From positions 119,799 through 183,798 of the forward strand of contig CAVOVZ010000013.1 of NCBI GenBank assembly GCA_963699985.1: a DNA stretch of 64,000 nucleotides, written 5' to 3'. The DNA is from Terriglobia bacterium (GTDB taxonomy: Bacteria; Acidobacteriota; Polarisedimenticolia; Polarisedimenticolales; CAVOVZ01). Position numbers and translations under genes: made by a program. Numbering within the stretch: the stretch's first letter is position 1; each line of letters opens with the position of its first letter. Below the pieces are notes generated by a model. The model was not told the origin of the DNA, ran no database searches, and saw nothing but the letters and a program-made list of their open reading frames with translations. Shown here in pieces: positions 1 to 10,200 of the stretch.

Positions 1-444
1 TTCCATTCTCCGTTGTTTGCGGTTCTTCTGTCGCTCGTGGTTTCGACGATCGTGTTCGCGATCGCGCGGCAGTTCACGGGACTCGCATGGCTCACGGTGT
101 CCCTCGCGCTGTCCGTTTCCGCGGCATCGCACGGCTTCCTCGACAGCATGTCGGATGCCGGTCTTGGCGTCATGCTCCTCTATCCCTGGTCCGAACAGAG
201 AGTATTCCTGAGCTGGCGGCCTTTCTACACACCTCCCATCGGACCGACGGGATTCACTTGGCCCGTACTGGTGCGGACGCTGCGGTCCGAATGGTGGCTC
301 ATGATGGGATGCGCCACGATCGGCGTTCTCTCGCGACTCGCCCTCGTCCATCTCCACTCGACGCGGCGATCTCCAGGTAGCCTTGGCGCTCCCAACTCCA
401 TCGCGTCGCCCGTGTCGCCCGAGGAAGATCGGAGAGACTCATGA
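1..444 (+). CDS. membrane-bound metal-dependent hydrolase, YdjM/DUF457-like (5' end runs off the window)
   Basis: The frame is open from nt 1. The product has several hydrophobic helices, and the motif SHGFLDSMSDAGLGVMLLYPWS resembles the YdjM-family SHxLxDxxTxxGVxLLWP segment. Confidence 0.5.
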   Translation, partial: FHSPLFAVLLSLVVSTIVFAIARQFTGLAWLTVSLALSVSAASHGFLDSMSDAGLGVMLLYPWSEQRVFLSWRPFYTPPIGPTGFTWPVLVRTLRSEWWLMMGCATIGVLSRLALVHLHSTRRSPGSLGAPNSIASPVSPEEDRRDS

Positions 445-561
445 GATCTGCAGAGACGCCATGCGCCCGCCGAGCACCCAGGGAGGCGGATCGCGGATCG
501 AAGGACTTGGGAACCGGGATGTACCGCGCCCACCGTGCTCGGCGTCGTCGATCGGTGCGGG

Positions 562-1086
562 TCACGCCGACGGCGAAGAGGGGGCGATGCACCGCTCCGT
601 CCAATCCACCCATCGGTGAAGCCGGCCCAACCAGCGATAGCCCTCTGCGGGAGCGTGGATCAGGATCTCGCCGCCGGGCGGAACACCTCCCGCGGCGGCA
701 CGCTCGGCGTCCTCCGCATTCGGGTAGGAGACGCGAAGCGCCCGTCCGAACTTCCGGCTCACGATCTGCGACACCGAATGGCGGCCCTCGGGCGTCCGCT
801 CGTCCCCCTGCTGCTCCTTCCGTCCCACCGGATTCGCTCCGAGGGCGATGCGGTACGACCGAAGCGTCTCGCCACCCCGCAACAACGTGAGGCGCCGAGC
901 CGCCTTCTCGACCAGGATGCGGTCTGCCGGCCCGATGTTTTCGCCGCTGCCGCCCGTCGCGCTCGCGAGGATCCAGGCCGCCGCGAGGACTCCGGGAAGG
1001 AAACAGGATAAGGACGAGCACGACTCGTTTTCGGTCCATCGCTCGAATCTCCCCACGCCGCCTCCAGGGCCCTGCGCGAACACCAC
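562..1086 (-). CDS. L,D-transpeptidase family protein (YkuD-type catalytic domain)
   Basis: It has a hydrophobic N-terminus (LPGVLAAAWILASA). RILVEKAARRLTLLRGGETLRSYRIALGANPVGRKEQQGDERTPEG and YPNAEDAERAAAGGVPPGGEILIH match small YafK/YkuD-like enzymes, and WTERCIA sits at the catalytic Cys position. The C-terminus looks about 25 aa short after the Cys. The start is GTG. Confidence 0.6.
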   Translation of the reverse strand: MVFAQGPGGGVGRFERWTENESCSSLSCFLPGVLAAAWILASATGGSGENIGPADRILVEKAARRLTLLRGGETLRSYRIALGANPVGRKEQQGDERTPEGRHSVSQIVSRKFGRALRVSYPNAEDAERAAAGGVPPGGEILIHAPAEGYRWLGRLHRWVDWTERCIAPSSPSA

Positions 1087-1087
1087 C

Positions 1088-1320
1088 CTACCGGAAATGC
1101 ACGTGGAAGTGGTCGTCGTGCCGGGCAGCCTCGCAGCCCTGAAACCTCACCTTCGGGCTCCGGATCCCGAGCCGCTCCTCGAGGTGCGGCTCGAGCAGGA
1201 TCTTCTCGACCTCCGGGCAATCGGCGAAGGCAAGGATCAGGTCGCGCGTCGCGGCCTCGTCGAGTTCGTGACGATCTCCGAGCCACTGGAGCCAGGGGAA
1301 GTCCCACCGCAGCCACCCTT
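1088..1320 (-). pseudogene. 3' remnant of a MepA-like (peptidase M74) murein endopeptidase
   Basis: The tail of the minus-frame ORF reads ATRDLILAFADCPEVEKILLEPHLEERL...KVRFQGCEAARHDDHFHVHFR. This parallels the E. coli MepA C-terminal half ([27 protein letters not shown]...KVRPWFQHRAHMHVRL). No start codon or N-terminal half is present, because upstream is antisense of the oxidoreductase gene. Confidence 0.4.
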
Positions 1321-2617
1321 CCCGGCCGTCGCACGGAACACCGCCTTCTGGGCACGCCGCGCTCCCCGCAGAGCCCCGCGGCTGACTCGAGACCTGGAAG
1401 CAGACATCGTCGTCATCGGCGGGGGCATCACGGGCCTTTCCTCGGCGCTCGCGCTGCGACGCAACGCACCCGAGAAGCGGGTCGTCGTGCTCGAGGCGTG
1501 GGGTATCGGCAATGGCGGCTCGGGGCGCAGCGGCGGCTTCCTGCTCTCCTGGCCCTCCAACGAATCCATGTGTGTCGCGAGCACGCCCCAGCTTCACAGG
1601 CGCCTGTACGAGCTCACGGTGAACGCGATGCGCGAGGAGGTGGCGCTCGCGCATGCCGCCGGCTTCGAGACGGAAGCGGAGCTGAAGGGCGTGCTCATGA
1701 CACTGCGCCCCGGCGACGTCGACGCGGCGCGGGCCTATGTCGACGAGGCGAAAGCAGCCGGTGTCCCGATCGAGTTCTGGAGCGCGGAGAAGACGCGCGC
1801 GACGCTCGGAGTGACCAACTGCGCCGGTGCGCTGTTCGACCCCAACAGCAGTCACGTCGACCCGATGCAGCTGACCCTGGGGCTCGGCGCTGCCGCGGCG
1901 GGTAGCGGGGTACTCATCTTCGAAGACACTCCGGTGGCGGAGGTCAAAGAGGGTGAACTGCTGCGCCTGCACCTGGCGGGTGGTCAGACCGTGAAGGCGC
2001 CGGCCGTCGTGCTGGCAACGAACACCTGGACGACGCAGCTCGGCTTCTTCCGCAACGCGATCTTTCCGGCCCACAATTACATGGGGATCACGCCGCCGCT
2101 GACCGCCGGAGAGCTGGCGCGCGCGGGGCTGCAAAGCCACCTGCCATTCACGGATTCGCGCACCAACCTGATCTACATGGGGCTCACGCGCGAGAACCGC
2201 TTCCGCATCGGCGGCGGCCACTCGGACTACAGCTTCAACAACGGAACGGAAACGAACGGGAACGCCGCACTGGTCACGCCGGGACTGCGGCGCGAGCTCG
2301 GGGCGCTCTACCCGAGCCTCTCGGAGGTCCCCTTCGAAGCGGTGTGGGGAGGCGTCGTCGACTGCACCCTCGACAACGCCCCTTCGGTGGGGGTCACCGG
2401 CGATCACAGGAACATCTACTACGGCCTCGGTTACTGCGGCCACGGGATGGTGATGGCGTTTCTGGCAGGCCGGATCATCGGTGACCTCGCGACCGGCAGA
2501 GCAGCGGCATGGACGGACGTGCCGTTCATCAACCGGAAGATGCCTTACATACCCAACGAGCCGTTTCGCTGGCTGGGCGCGAAGGGGTTCATCGCCGCGC
2601 TCGACCTCGTCGAGTAG
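1268..2617 (+). CDS. FAD-dependent oxidoreductase (DAO family, gamma-glutamylputrescine/sarcosine oxidase-like)
   Basis: DIVVIGGGITGLSSALAL is a Rossmann GxGxxG motif at nt 1403. The product shows full-length DAO-like similarity and ends ...GLGYCGHGMVMAF.... The start is uncertain: GTG 1268 is the last canonical start before the FAD motif, and ATG 1097 is less likely. The stop is TAG 2615-2617. Confidence 0.8.
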   Translation: MTISEPLEPGEVPPQPPFPAVARNTAFWARRAPRRAPRLTRDLEADIVVIGGGITGLSSALALRRNAPEKRVVVLEAWGIGNGGSGRSGGFLLSWPSNESMCVASTPQLHRRLYELTVNAMREEVALAHAAGFETEAELKGVLMTLRPGDVDAARAYVDEAKAAGVPIEFWSAEKTRATLGVTNCAGALFDPNSSHVDPMQLTLGLGAAAAGSGVLIFEDTPVAEVKEGELLRLHLAGGQTVKAPAVVLATNTWTTQLGFFRNAIFPAHNYMGITPPLTAGELARAGLQSHLPFTDSRTNLIYMGLTRENRFRIGGGHSDYSFNNGTETNGNAALVTPGLRRELGALYPSLSEVPFEAVWGGVVDCTLDNAPSVGVTGDHRNIYYGLGYCGHGMVMAFLAGRIIGDLATGRAAAWTDVPFINRKMPYIPNEPFRWLGAKGFIAALDLVE

Positions 2618-2632
2618 TGGAAGCGACAAAAG

Positions 2633-2810
2633 GTGAAACGGACGACGGCCTTGGTCGCCGCATCCCTCGTGTTCCTCATCGGTGCAGGGTGTCCCGAAGA
2701 GCGCTCATCGCTCGCCGCCGAACCCCGGGCCGGGGCGGTACCGCCTGCGTATGCGGGTGTCTGGTTCACGCCGGACGAAGAAGCCAAGGTACTCATCACC
2801 GAGCAGGGAG
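2633..2810 (+). pseudogene. 5' stub of a lipoprotein gene cut off by the IS remnant
   Basis: MKRTTALVAASLVFLIGAGC is a signal peptide plus lipobox-like Cys. Coherent sequence stops near 2810, where transposase homology begins in another frame. Confidence 0.35.
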
Positions 2811-4026
2811 GCTGGTCCTCTACGACCTCAGCTCCAGCTACTTCGAGGGCACCACATGTCCGTTGGCTGCGCTGGGCTACAACCGCGATGGCAAGAGGGG
2901 GAAGCTGCCGGTCAACTATGGCCTGGTCACCGACCGGCGTGGCTGCCCTGTTGCGGTCTCCGTGCATCCAGGCAACACGAACGACCCCAAGACACTCCTA
3001 CCCCAGGTCAAGACGATCCGCGAGAGCTTCGGCATCGAGGACCTGGTCCTGGTTGGAGACCGCGGAATGATCGGGCAGAAGCAGGTCGACGAGTTCATGA
3101 AGGTCGAGGGCATCGCCTGGATCACGGCACTGAAGACCGGAGCGATCCGTCAGTTGTTGGAGGGAGGCCACTTGCAGATGCGGCTCTTCGATGAGCGCAA
3201 CCTGTTCGAGCTCGCGCACCCGGACTTTCCCGCCGAGCGGTTGGTCGTCTGTCGCAACCCGGCTCTGGCTCGCCTGCGCGCAGCCAAGCGAAGATCGCTC
3301 TTGGAAGCAACGGCCAAGGAGATCGAGAAGGTCCGCGCTTTGGTGGCTCGTGGCAAGAGCAAGAACCTCAAGACGAAGGGCGAGACCGGCGTGCGTGTGG
3401 GGAAGGTGGTCGACAAGTACAAGGTCGCCAAGCATTCTTAGCTAGAGATCGACGAGGGGCGCTTCGCGTTCCGCATCGACGAGGAGAAGGTCGCTGCAGA
3501 AGCAGCCCTGGACGGGATCTATGTGATCCGGACGAGCCTCTCGAAGGATCGAGTGAGCGCCGAGGACACTGTGCGCAGCTACAAGCTCCTCAGCAGCGTC
3601 GAACGAGCCTTCCGCTCCATCAAGACCCTCGACCTGAAGGTCCGGCCCATCCACCACCGCCTTGCGGACCGCGTCCGGGCTCTCATCTTCTTGGCGATGC
3701 TCGCCTACTACGTGCAGTGGCATCTACTCGAGGCCTGGCGCGAGCTGCTTTTCAGCGACGAGGACGTGGAAGCCAAGCAGACTCGCGACCCCGTCGCCCC
3801 CGCGCGCAGATCCGACAAGGCCATGGGAAAGGTGTTCGCCCGAGTCCTCGACGATGGTACCCAGGCTCACGGCTTCCAAACACTCCTCGTCGAGCTGACC
3901 ACCATCGTCCGCAACACTCGCCGACGTAAGGGCGGCACCCAGGACGAGCCGACGTTCTCCGTGACCACGACGCCAAATCCCAAGCAGCAGCGAGCGCTCG
4001 ACCTCGCTTCTGCGATCCGCGTGTAG
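2800..4026 (+). mobile_element. IS1634-family (IS4-superfamily DDE) transposase remnant, 5'-truncated, with an in-frame TAG
   Basis: Homology starts at LVLYDLSSSYFEG (nt 2812), so about 190 N-terminal codons are missing. It continues through ...GDRGMIGQKQ..., KYKVAKHS-TAG(3439-3441)-LEIDEGRFAFRIDEEKVAAEAALDGIYVIRTS and SVERAFRSIKT...RPIHH. ORFs 2509..3441 and 3523..4026 are in one frame separated only by that TAG. Confidence 0.75.
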
Positions 4027-4148
4027 CCAGTATCCTGCACGCCGTCCGGCGGTCATCTCGTTGATTGCAAGACAGTTTGCGCTTCCACTCTTCAGGAACT
4101 TCGGTTTAACTCGAACGAGAATCCGTCGGCCCGACCGACGGGAGGCTC

Positions 4149-4181
4149 AACGGCGGGCGTCCTCAGCGGACGCCCGCCGTT
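4149..4181 (-). terminator. perfect 14-bp stem hairpin downstream of the giant gene
   Basis: AACGGCGGGCGTCC-tcagc-GGACGCCCGCCGTT lies 44 nt after the stop of the 4225..10254 gene. There is no U-tract, which is common in GC-rich genomes. Confidence 0.45.
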
Positions 4182-4224
4182 CGAGAGCGGAAAGGTGTCT
4201 ACACCTTGCGCCGGCCGGGCCGGC

Positions 4225-7200
4225 TCATTCGCAGATCACCTCCATGGAGCCGCTGCAGTCCGTGCTGATCTGTCCGGTCACGAGCTGTGATTCGTTGCCG
4301 AGATCGTCCAGCACCTTGAGTCCGAAGAAGTAGCCGGTGCAGCTCGGAAGCGACGTGAAGCCGAAGCACTCCGTCGAACCCGGAAAACCGGGAGGTCCCG
4401 TGGGGACGATCGTCGCCTGGGAGAAGTTGGAGGCGTTGATGGGAGTCTGCGACTTGCGGAAGTCGTACGCCGAGGCGGTCCCGCTCGTCCCGTCGTCTCC
4501 TGGAGCCGCCCAGGACACGACGAGCGTGGTCCGCCCGGCGTCGAGGATCAGCGCTGGCGCCGCGGGTGCGGTGACGTCCTGCTGCGAGATCGCGTAGCGT
4601 AGGTTGCCGCTGGGCGTGTCGAAGTATGCGATGCGATCGTTGTCCGCCGCGTCCACCGCGATCGCGGTCGCGGCCGGGGTGTCGCCCGAGACGTCCACCA
4701 CGTCGAGCTGCCACGCGCTCCCGTTCCACTCCGCGACCTTGACCAGGCCGTTCGCGAGATAGCTGATGCGCGGGCGAGCCGCGGAGTCGAGTGCAATGGA
4801 GCTCCAGTTCCCGACGTCCCCGACCGAAGCATCGACGACCTCGACGCTCCACGTCGATCCGATCTTCTTCGCCATGCGCAGGCTCTTGCTGGTCGCCGCG
4901 TAGAAGCTGATGCGCGGGTTCCCCGAGGAATCGATGACGATGGAGCTCCAGTTCGCGCCGTCCGTGCCCGCTACGGCGTCGTTGCTCCAGGTAAAGGACG
5001 GGAACGTTCCGGAGGCGTACAGATAGCGGAGCTGGGTCGGGTTCGTGGTGCTGAAGTAGGAGATCCGGGGCAGATTGCCGTACATCGCGAGGCTCGGGCT
5101 CGCCGCCCCGTTCAGCGAGTAAATCTGGGACCAAGTGCCCGACTTCGCGAAGAGGCGCACGCGCGTCGAGGAGCAGTCCTGGATCGCGATGAAGGGGCGG
5201 TCCACGGTGTCGAACGCCAGCGAGACGGGAAGCGTGCAGCTCGTGTCCGCGACGTCCTCCTTGACCCACGCGCCAGCCGACTTGTAGGCGTATCGAAGAT
5301 AGGTCCTCGTCCCGTCCATGTACGCGATGCGCGGGCTGCCGTCGGCTCCGAAGGCGAGCGAGGCGTACCAGCCGGTTGTATTGACGGCATCGACGGTCTC
5401 GATGGTCCAGCTCGTGCCGGAGCGCAGGGCGAACTTCAGGTCGCCGTTCGTCCGATCGAAGTAGGCGATCCCGGTCCGCCCCCAGGGATCGAGCGCGATC
5501 TGGGCGAACTCGCCTACGATCTCAGGCGCGCCGTCCACCGTCATCGTGAGCCAGGCGTGCTGCTGGGGCGGGTGGATGCGCAGGTATGCCCCCGTCTGCG
5601 CAAAGGACGCGGGTGTGCCGACCCGCTCGATTCGGACGCGTCCGCGCCCGGTCGACCAGTTCGCGGGCACGCTGATCGGCACGTCCTGCTGGGACGTGGA
5701 GCTCACGAGCGTCGTGTAGTTCGCCCCGCCGTCGTGAGAAATCTTCACGCTGATCGGTCCGGCGCCGGTCCAGCTCACGGTCTGCGACGAGCCCGGCACC
5801 CAGGCCTCGCCTCCGACCGGGTACACGAGCCCGAGCGGCGCGGGCTGCGTCTCGTCCGTGATGACGATCGGCGTGGTCTGGGGCCAGGTCCCCGGTCCGA
5901 TCTGCCCGAAGAGGTTCTTTCCCCAACCGTACACGATGCCGGCGCTGTTGCGCGCGAGGGAGTGGTCCTCTCCCGCCGCGACCTCGACGATCCCCGAGAG
6001 GGCCGCGATCCGCGCCGGGGTGCTGCGGTCCGTCGTGGTGCCGTCACCGAGCTGGCCGGCGACGTTCTGCCCCCAGCTCCAGACCGTTCCATCTCCGCGA
6101 AGGGCCAGGCTGAAGCCGGAGCCTGCGGCGATCCGGGCGACGCTGGCCATCCCGGAAACGCTGACGGGGCTCGTGCGCTCGGTGGTGGTGCCGTCGCCGA
6201 GTTCGCCGTAGTAGTTGTGTCCCCATGCTTTCATCGTGCCGTCCGCCATGATCACGATCGTGAAATAGGCCCCGCAGGACGCCCTCTTCACCCCGCCAAG
6301 CCCCGGAACCGGTCCCGGTGTCAAACGATCCGTGTGCGTCCCATCGCCGAGTTCTCCTTCGGCGTTACGCCCCCAGACGAGGACGGTTCCGTCGCTCTTC
6401 AGCGCGAGGCTGTGGTAGGCCCCGGCTGCGAGCGACGCGACGCCAGACACCCCGGGGAGCTGGAAAGGAGACAGTCGATCGACCGTGGTTCCGTCACCGA
6501 CCTGTCCTCCCCAGTTGTCCCCCCAGGCCCAGACCGTCCCGTCGCTCTTGAGCGCGAGCGTGTGGCTGAATCCGGACGCGATCGCAACGACTCCCGTCAG
6601 TCCCGGCACCTGGCCGGGGAAGGTCCGCGCGGTCGTGGTGCCGTTTCCGAGCTGTCCCTGCGAATTGTCTCCCCAGGCCCAGACGGTCCCGTCGCTCTTC
6701 AATGCAATCGTGTGGAAGACGCCGGCCCCCACCTCGACGACGCTGGCCACGGTGCCGGAGCGCACCGGACCGTTCCGATTCGTGAGGGTAGAGTCGCCGA
6801 GCTGACCGGTCGTGTTCATGCCCCAGGCCCATACGGTCCCGTCGTTGTGGGCCGAGACGCTGTGGGCGTACCCAGCATCCAGGCTGATCGGCGCCAGGGA
6901 CGGCGGGTTACAGCGTCCCGTGAGGACGGTGCAGCGGTCTCCGGCGACGCAGTCCGCGTCCGATCGGCAGAGGAACTCGTACTCGAAGTCGAACGGGTTG
7001 GCCGTGCAGCCCTGAACCGAGACGCCCCGGAAGTCATATCGGTCGGTCGGCGTCAACGTGTAGGCTTCATTGTCGACGAGGCACCAGTCGGCCCAGAACA
7101 TCGTCGGGTCGTTGATGTACACCTCGACTGCCTGCCAATCGCACCCGGTAATCGACATGGCCGAGCACCCGGGGGTGTGCCCCCCTCCGTGCATCACGAT

Positions 7201-10200
7201 GTTCGTGGGAGCCGCGCGCGGGAGCAGTTCCTCGTTGCGGAGGATCTGGCAGGTGTAGCCGTCGACCATGCATCCCCCGGCGCGACCGCTGGCCAGGTGG
7301 GAATTCGCGACGGTCCTCGGATAGTACGGCGCGGCGGCGCACACGTGCATCGCGCAGCCCGCGGCCCCCGCGTTCCCGTCGTCGACGGGCTCCTCGATGG
7401 CAGTATCGGTGGGACTCGGCAGGACGACCGACTCCGTCGTCGTCGTTTCCAGACCGCGGCGGCCTGGCTCTTCCGGCGCCAGAGTGTCTTCCACGTTCGG
7501 GGTGCCCGCGACGACCTCGAGCGCTCCCGTCGGACGCCCCACCGTCTGCGTGAAGTTGCCGGTCCAGCTCCCCTCGTTCGCGTTCACCGTGAGCGTGTAG
7601 GAAACCACGCTCCCGCAGGTGAGGGTTTCCGGGAACCTGACGGTGAAGTGCGGCGTCAGCGAGAGGCCCAGGGCGCCCGCGTTGATCGTGGAATAGCTCG
7701 CAGTCGCATCCAGCATCACCACACCCGACACGGTGGGCGTCACGGTCGCGGTCACGCCGGTGAGCGAGGTGGTCCCGTCGTTCCTCAGGGTGACGCTGAA
7801 CTGGACGGTCTCGCCGGCATCGAGGGTACCGTCGCCGTCTCCGGCGCCTCCGCTCGGGCAACGGTCCGCCACGCGGGCGTTGTTCGAGTAGACCGCGTGC
7901 GGACCGCCCGCCTGCGCGGTCCTGCAGGTGCTCAGCGTCCCCGTGCATGCCGTGTTCGCCCCGATGGGCTGGATCGCATAGTAGAGGGGAAGGCCGTTGG
8001 GCAGGTTCGTGTCGGTGTAGGCGGTTCCCGCAACATTGCCGATGACGTTGAAGCCCCACCCGCACCCCTGGTCGTTGCGGAGCACGTTGTACGACGAGGC
8101 ACCTGCCACCGCCGTCCACGAGAGTGCGATCTGTCCCGGCGTCGAGGTCGTCGTCAAGGTGGGCGCCGCAAGCGCGGGGCACGAAGTTCGGTTCTGGTTC
8201 GTGGCGTCCCCCGCCAGGCCGCACGGGATGTTGTGGCGGTTGAAGGCCGCGAAGATCGCGGCGGCGTGCGGCGTCCCGTTGGCCAGGTTCCCGTCGTCGT
8301 CGTCGACGACGCGCATCTTCGAGTACCACGAGTTCGCCGCGCAGCTCCGGCTCGTGACGGGGGTGCCGCACGTGTAGGAGTTGCCTCCCGACCCGGTGCG
8401 CGACCTAAACCAGAGCCGATCCACGAGCTGCCAGGCGGTTTGCGCGTCGAGTCCCGCCGCGGGCAGGTCACGCACGGCGAGGTCCCACAGCGCCTCGGCA
8501 CCCGGGTACGACTCGCAGTGCGGCTGCTTGCCGCAAGGCCCAGGAATATCGTACGGTCCGGGCGCCGGGCAGTTCGCCAGAACCCACTCGGGAGTGGTCG
8601 GCGCGTGATTCGCCTTCTGGTTCCAGTCCTGGTCGCGGACGCCCGTGCAGGCGAGGCACGTGTTCCCGTTCCCGCTGCAGTTCGTGGACCGGAATCCGCG
8701 GCCGATGCACGATTTGTGGGTCAGCAGAAAGGAGGTGATGTCGGCGTACCCCTCGATCGGATTGTCCCAGCCTCCGCCGTCGTTATAGTCCAGGCCATGT
8801 CCCCATTCGTGGAGGAACACGCCGGCGATCTCGCCGGTATTCCGGCAGCCGCCGCCCGAGCGGTAGAAGTTGACCGAGCCATCGTAAGGGCTGAAGTTCG
8901 CGTTACACGTGAGGTTGATGTTCACGTTGTCCGTGAGCTGCCGGGTGAGCCAAGCGTTCGATGGAAGCCAGGCCCGCCCGTGCTCCGCGATCCTGTTGAG
9001 ATGATAGAAGGAGCTGCGCGCCGCATGCGTGTCCCCCGAGCTCGTTCCCGCGGGGACGGCGCAGTCGGTTCCGGCGCTCGACTCGAGGTCGAGGTCCGTG
9101 TCGCAGAGCGTCGAGATGGCGATCGCACCGCAGGCGTCCACGACCCGCACGTACGGGCCCGCGAGCGTGGTCGTGGCGCTGGAGCCGCCCGGCGTGCAGG
9201 CAAAGAACCCGAGGCTACCGGCGGTTGCGTTCGTGGCGCCGATCGTGATGTTCGCGTACGGCATCGGGAAGTTGGGCTGCTCGCACCCGTCGGGGCACGC
9301 ACCGTCGTTGCTGAGCGGGAAGACCCCTCCCTTCGCCTGCGCGTACTGATCGAGGTCGTAGAACGCGAGGATCTTCCCGTCGTGGGCGTCGACCAACCCG
9401 ACCCACGACCCGAACTCGCCCTCGACGCGGAGCATGATCTGCCAGATGAGGCTCGTCTCGTACCCGGTTCCGATGGCGCCTTCGAAGTGGTCCGGTGCGG
9501 ACCCCGAGGCGGACGAAGGGAGAAACGTCAGCGTGACGGGACCGTGAAGTTTCACCTCGTCCTTGTTCGTCACCCCCATGTGGGACAGCAGGAGGGCCAG
9601 GGCGTCCTCGGCGACGACCGAAGGAGCCGCATCCGTGGTGATGCGGCTCCAGCGGGTCGCGCCGAAGGCGATCAGGTTCCCGTGCCCGACGTGGAACAAG
9701 TAGCGGTCCCCGGCGACCTGGATTCCCGCCACCTGCCGGTCGAACGTCACCTGCCAGAGATCGGGGGTGATCTGTCCCGAGGCGTCGCGATTGAGCACGA
9801 GCTGATCGGTCCTGGCCCCGAGCGTCGCCACGTTCTTGTCCATGAAGCGGCGCAGGGAGGCGGCGAGCGCTTCGAGCGTCACCGGATCCGCGGATTCGAG
9901 CGTGTTGCCGCTCCCCGGAATCAACGGGATGCCTCGCCCTTGCACGAGCAGAGGCACGCCGGAGCGGGCGTCGATGTGCACGTCCCAAGCCTCGCCGTTC
10001 GCGACCTTGAAGGATTCCCAACCGGCACGTAGCGACTCAGGCACCAAGGCCAGCTCGGGGGACACGGGCGCCGGCGATACCAGGACGCTCGGATCCGGGA
10101 CTCCGACCGCATCGAAGCGGCCCGGGTCCTGGCGTTCGTCGAGCGCCCACGCCGTGGGAAGGGCCGCGAGGAGAGCGACGGTGATGAGTATGGGGGCGAC

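Noticed and set aside
848-1267. The upstream extension of the oxidoreductase ORF (848..2617).
   Set aside because: The extension is antisense to the L,D-transpeptidase and the mepA-like remnant, and has no similarity to DAO-family N-termini. The FAD motif should lie within about 45 aa of the start.
3439-3441. Amber (TAG) codon reassignment or pyrrolysine as an explanation for the in-frame TAGs.
   Set aside because: TAG terminates the FAD oxidoreductase (2615-2617) and the HDOD gene (14805-14807) at their expected ends. Both affected genes sit in a decayed region, and no pyl genes or suppressor tRNA occur in the window.
5557-10032. A 1491-aa plus-strand ORF antisense to giant gene A.
   Set aside because: It is Arg/Gly/Pro/Asp-rich low-complexity sequence with no motifs, while the opposite strand encodes coherent domains. 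It is a typical GC-rich shadow ORF.
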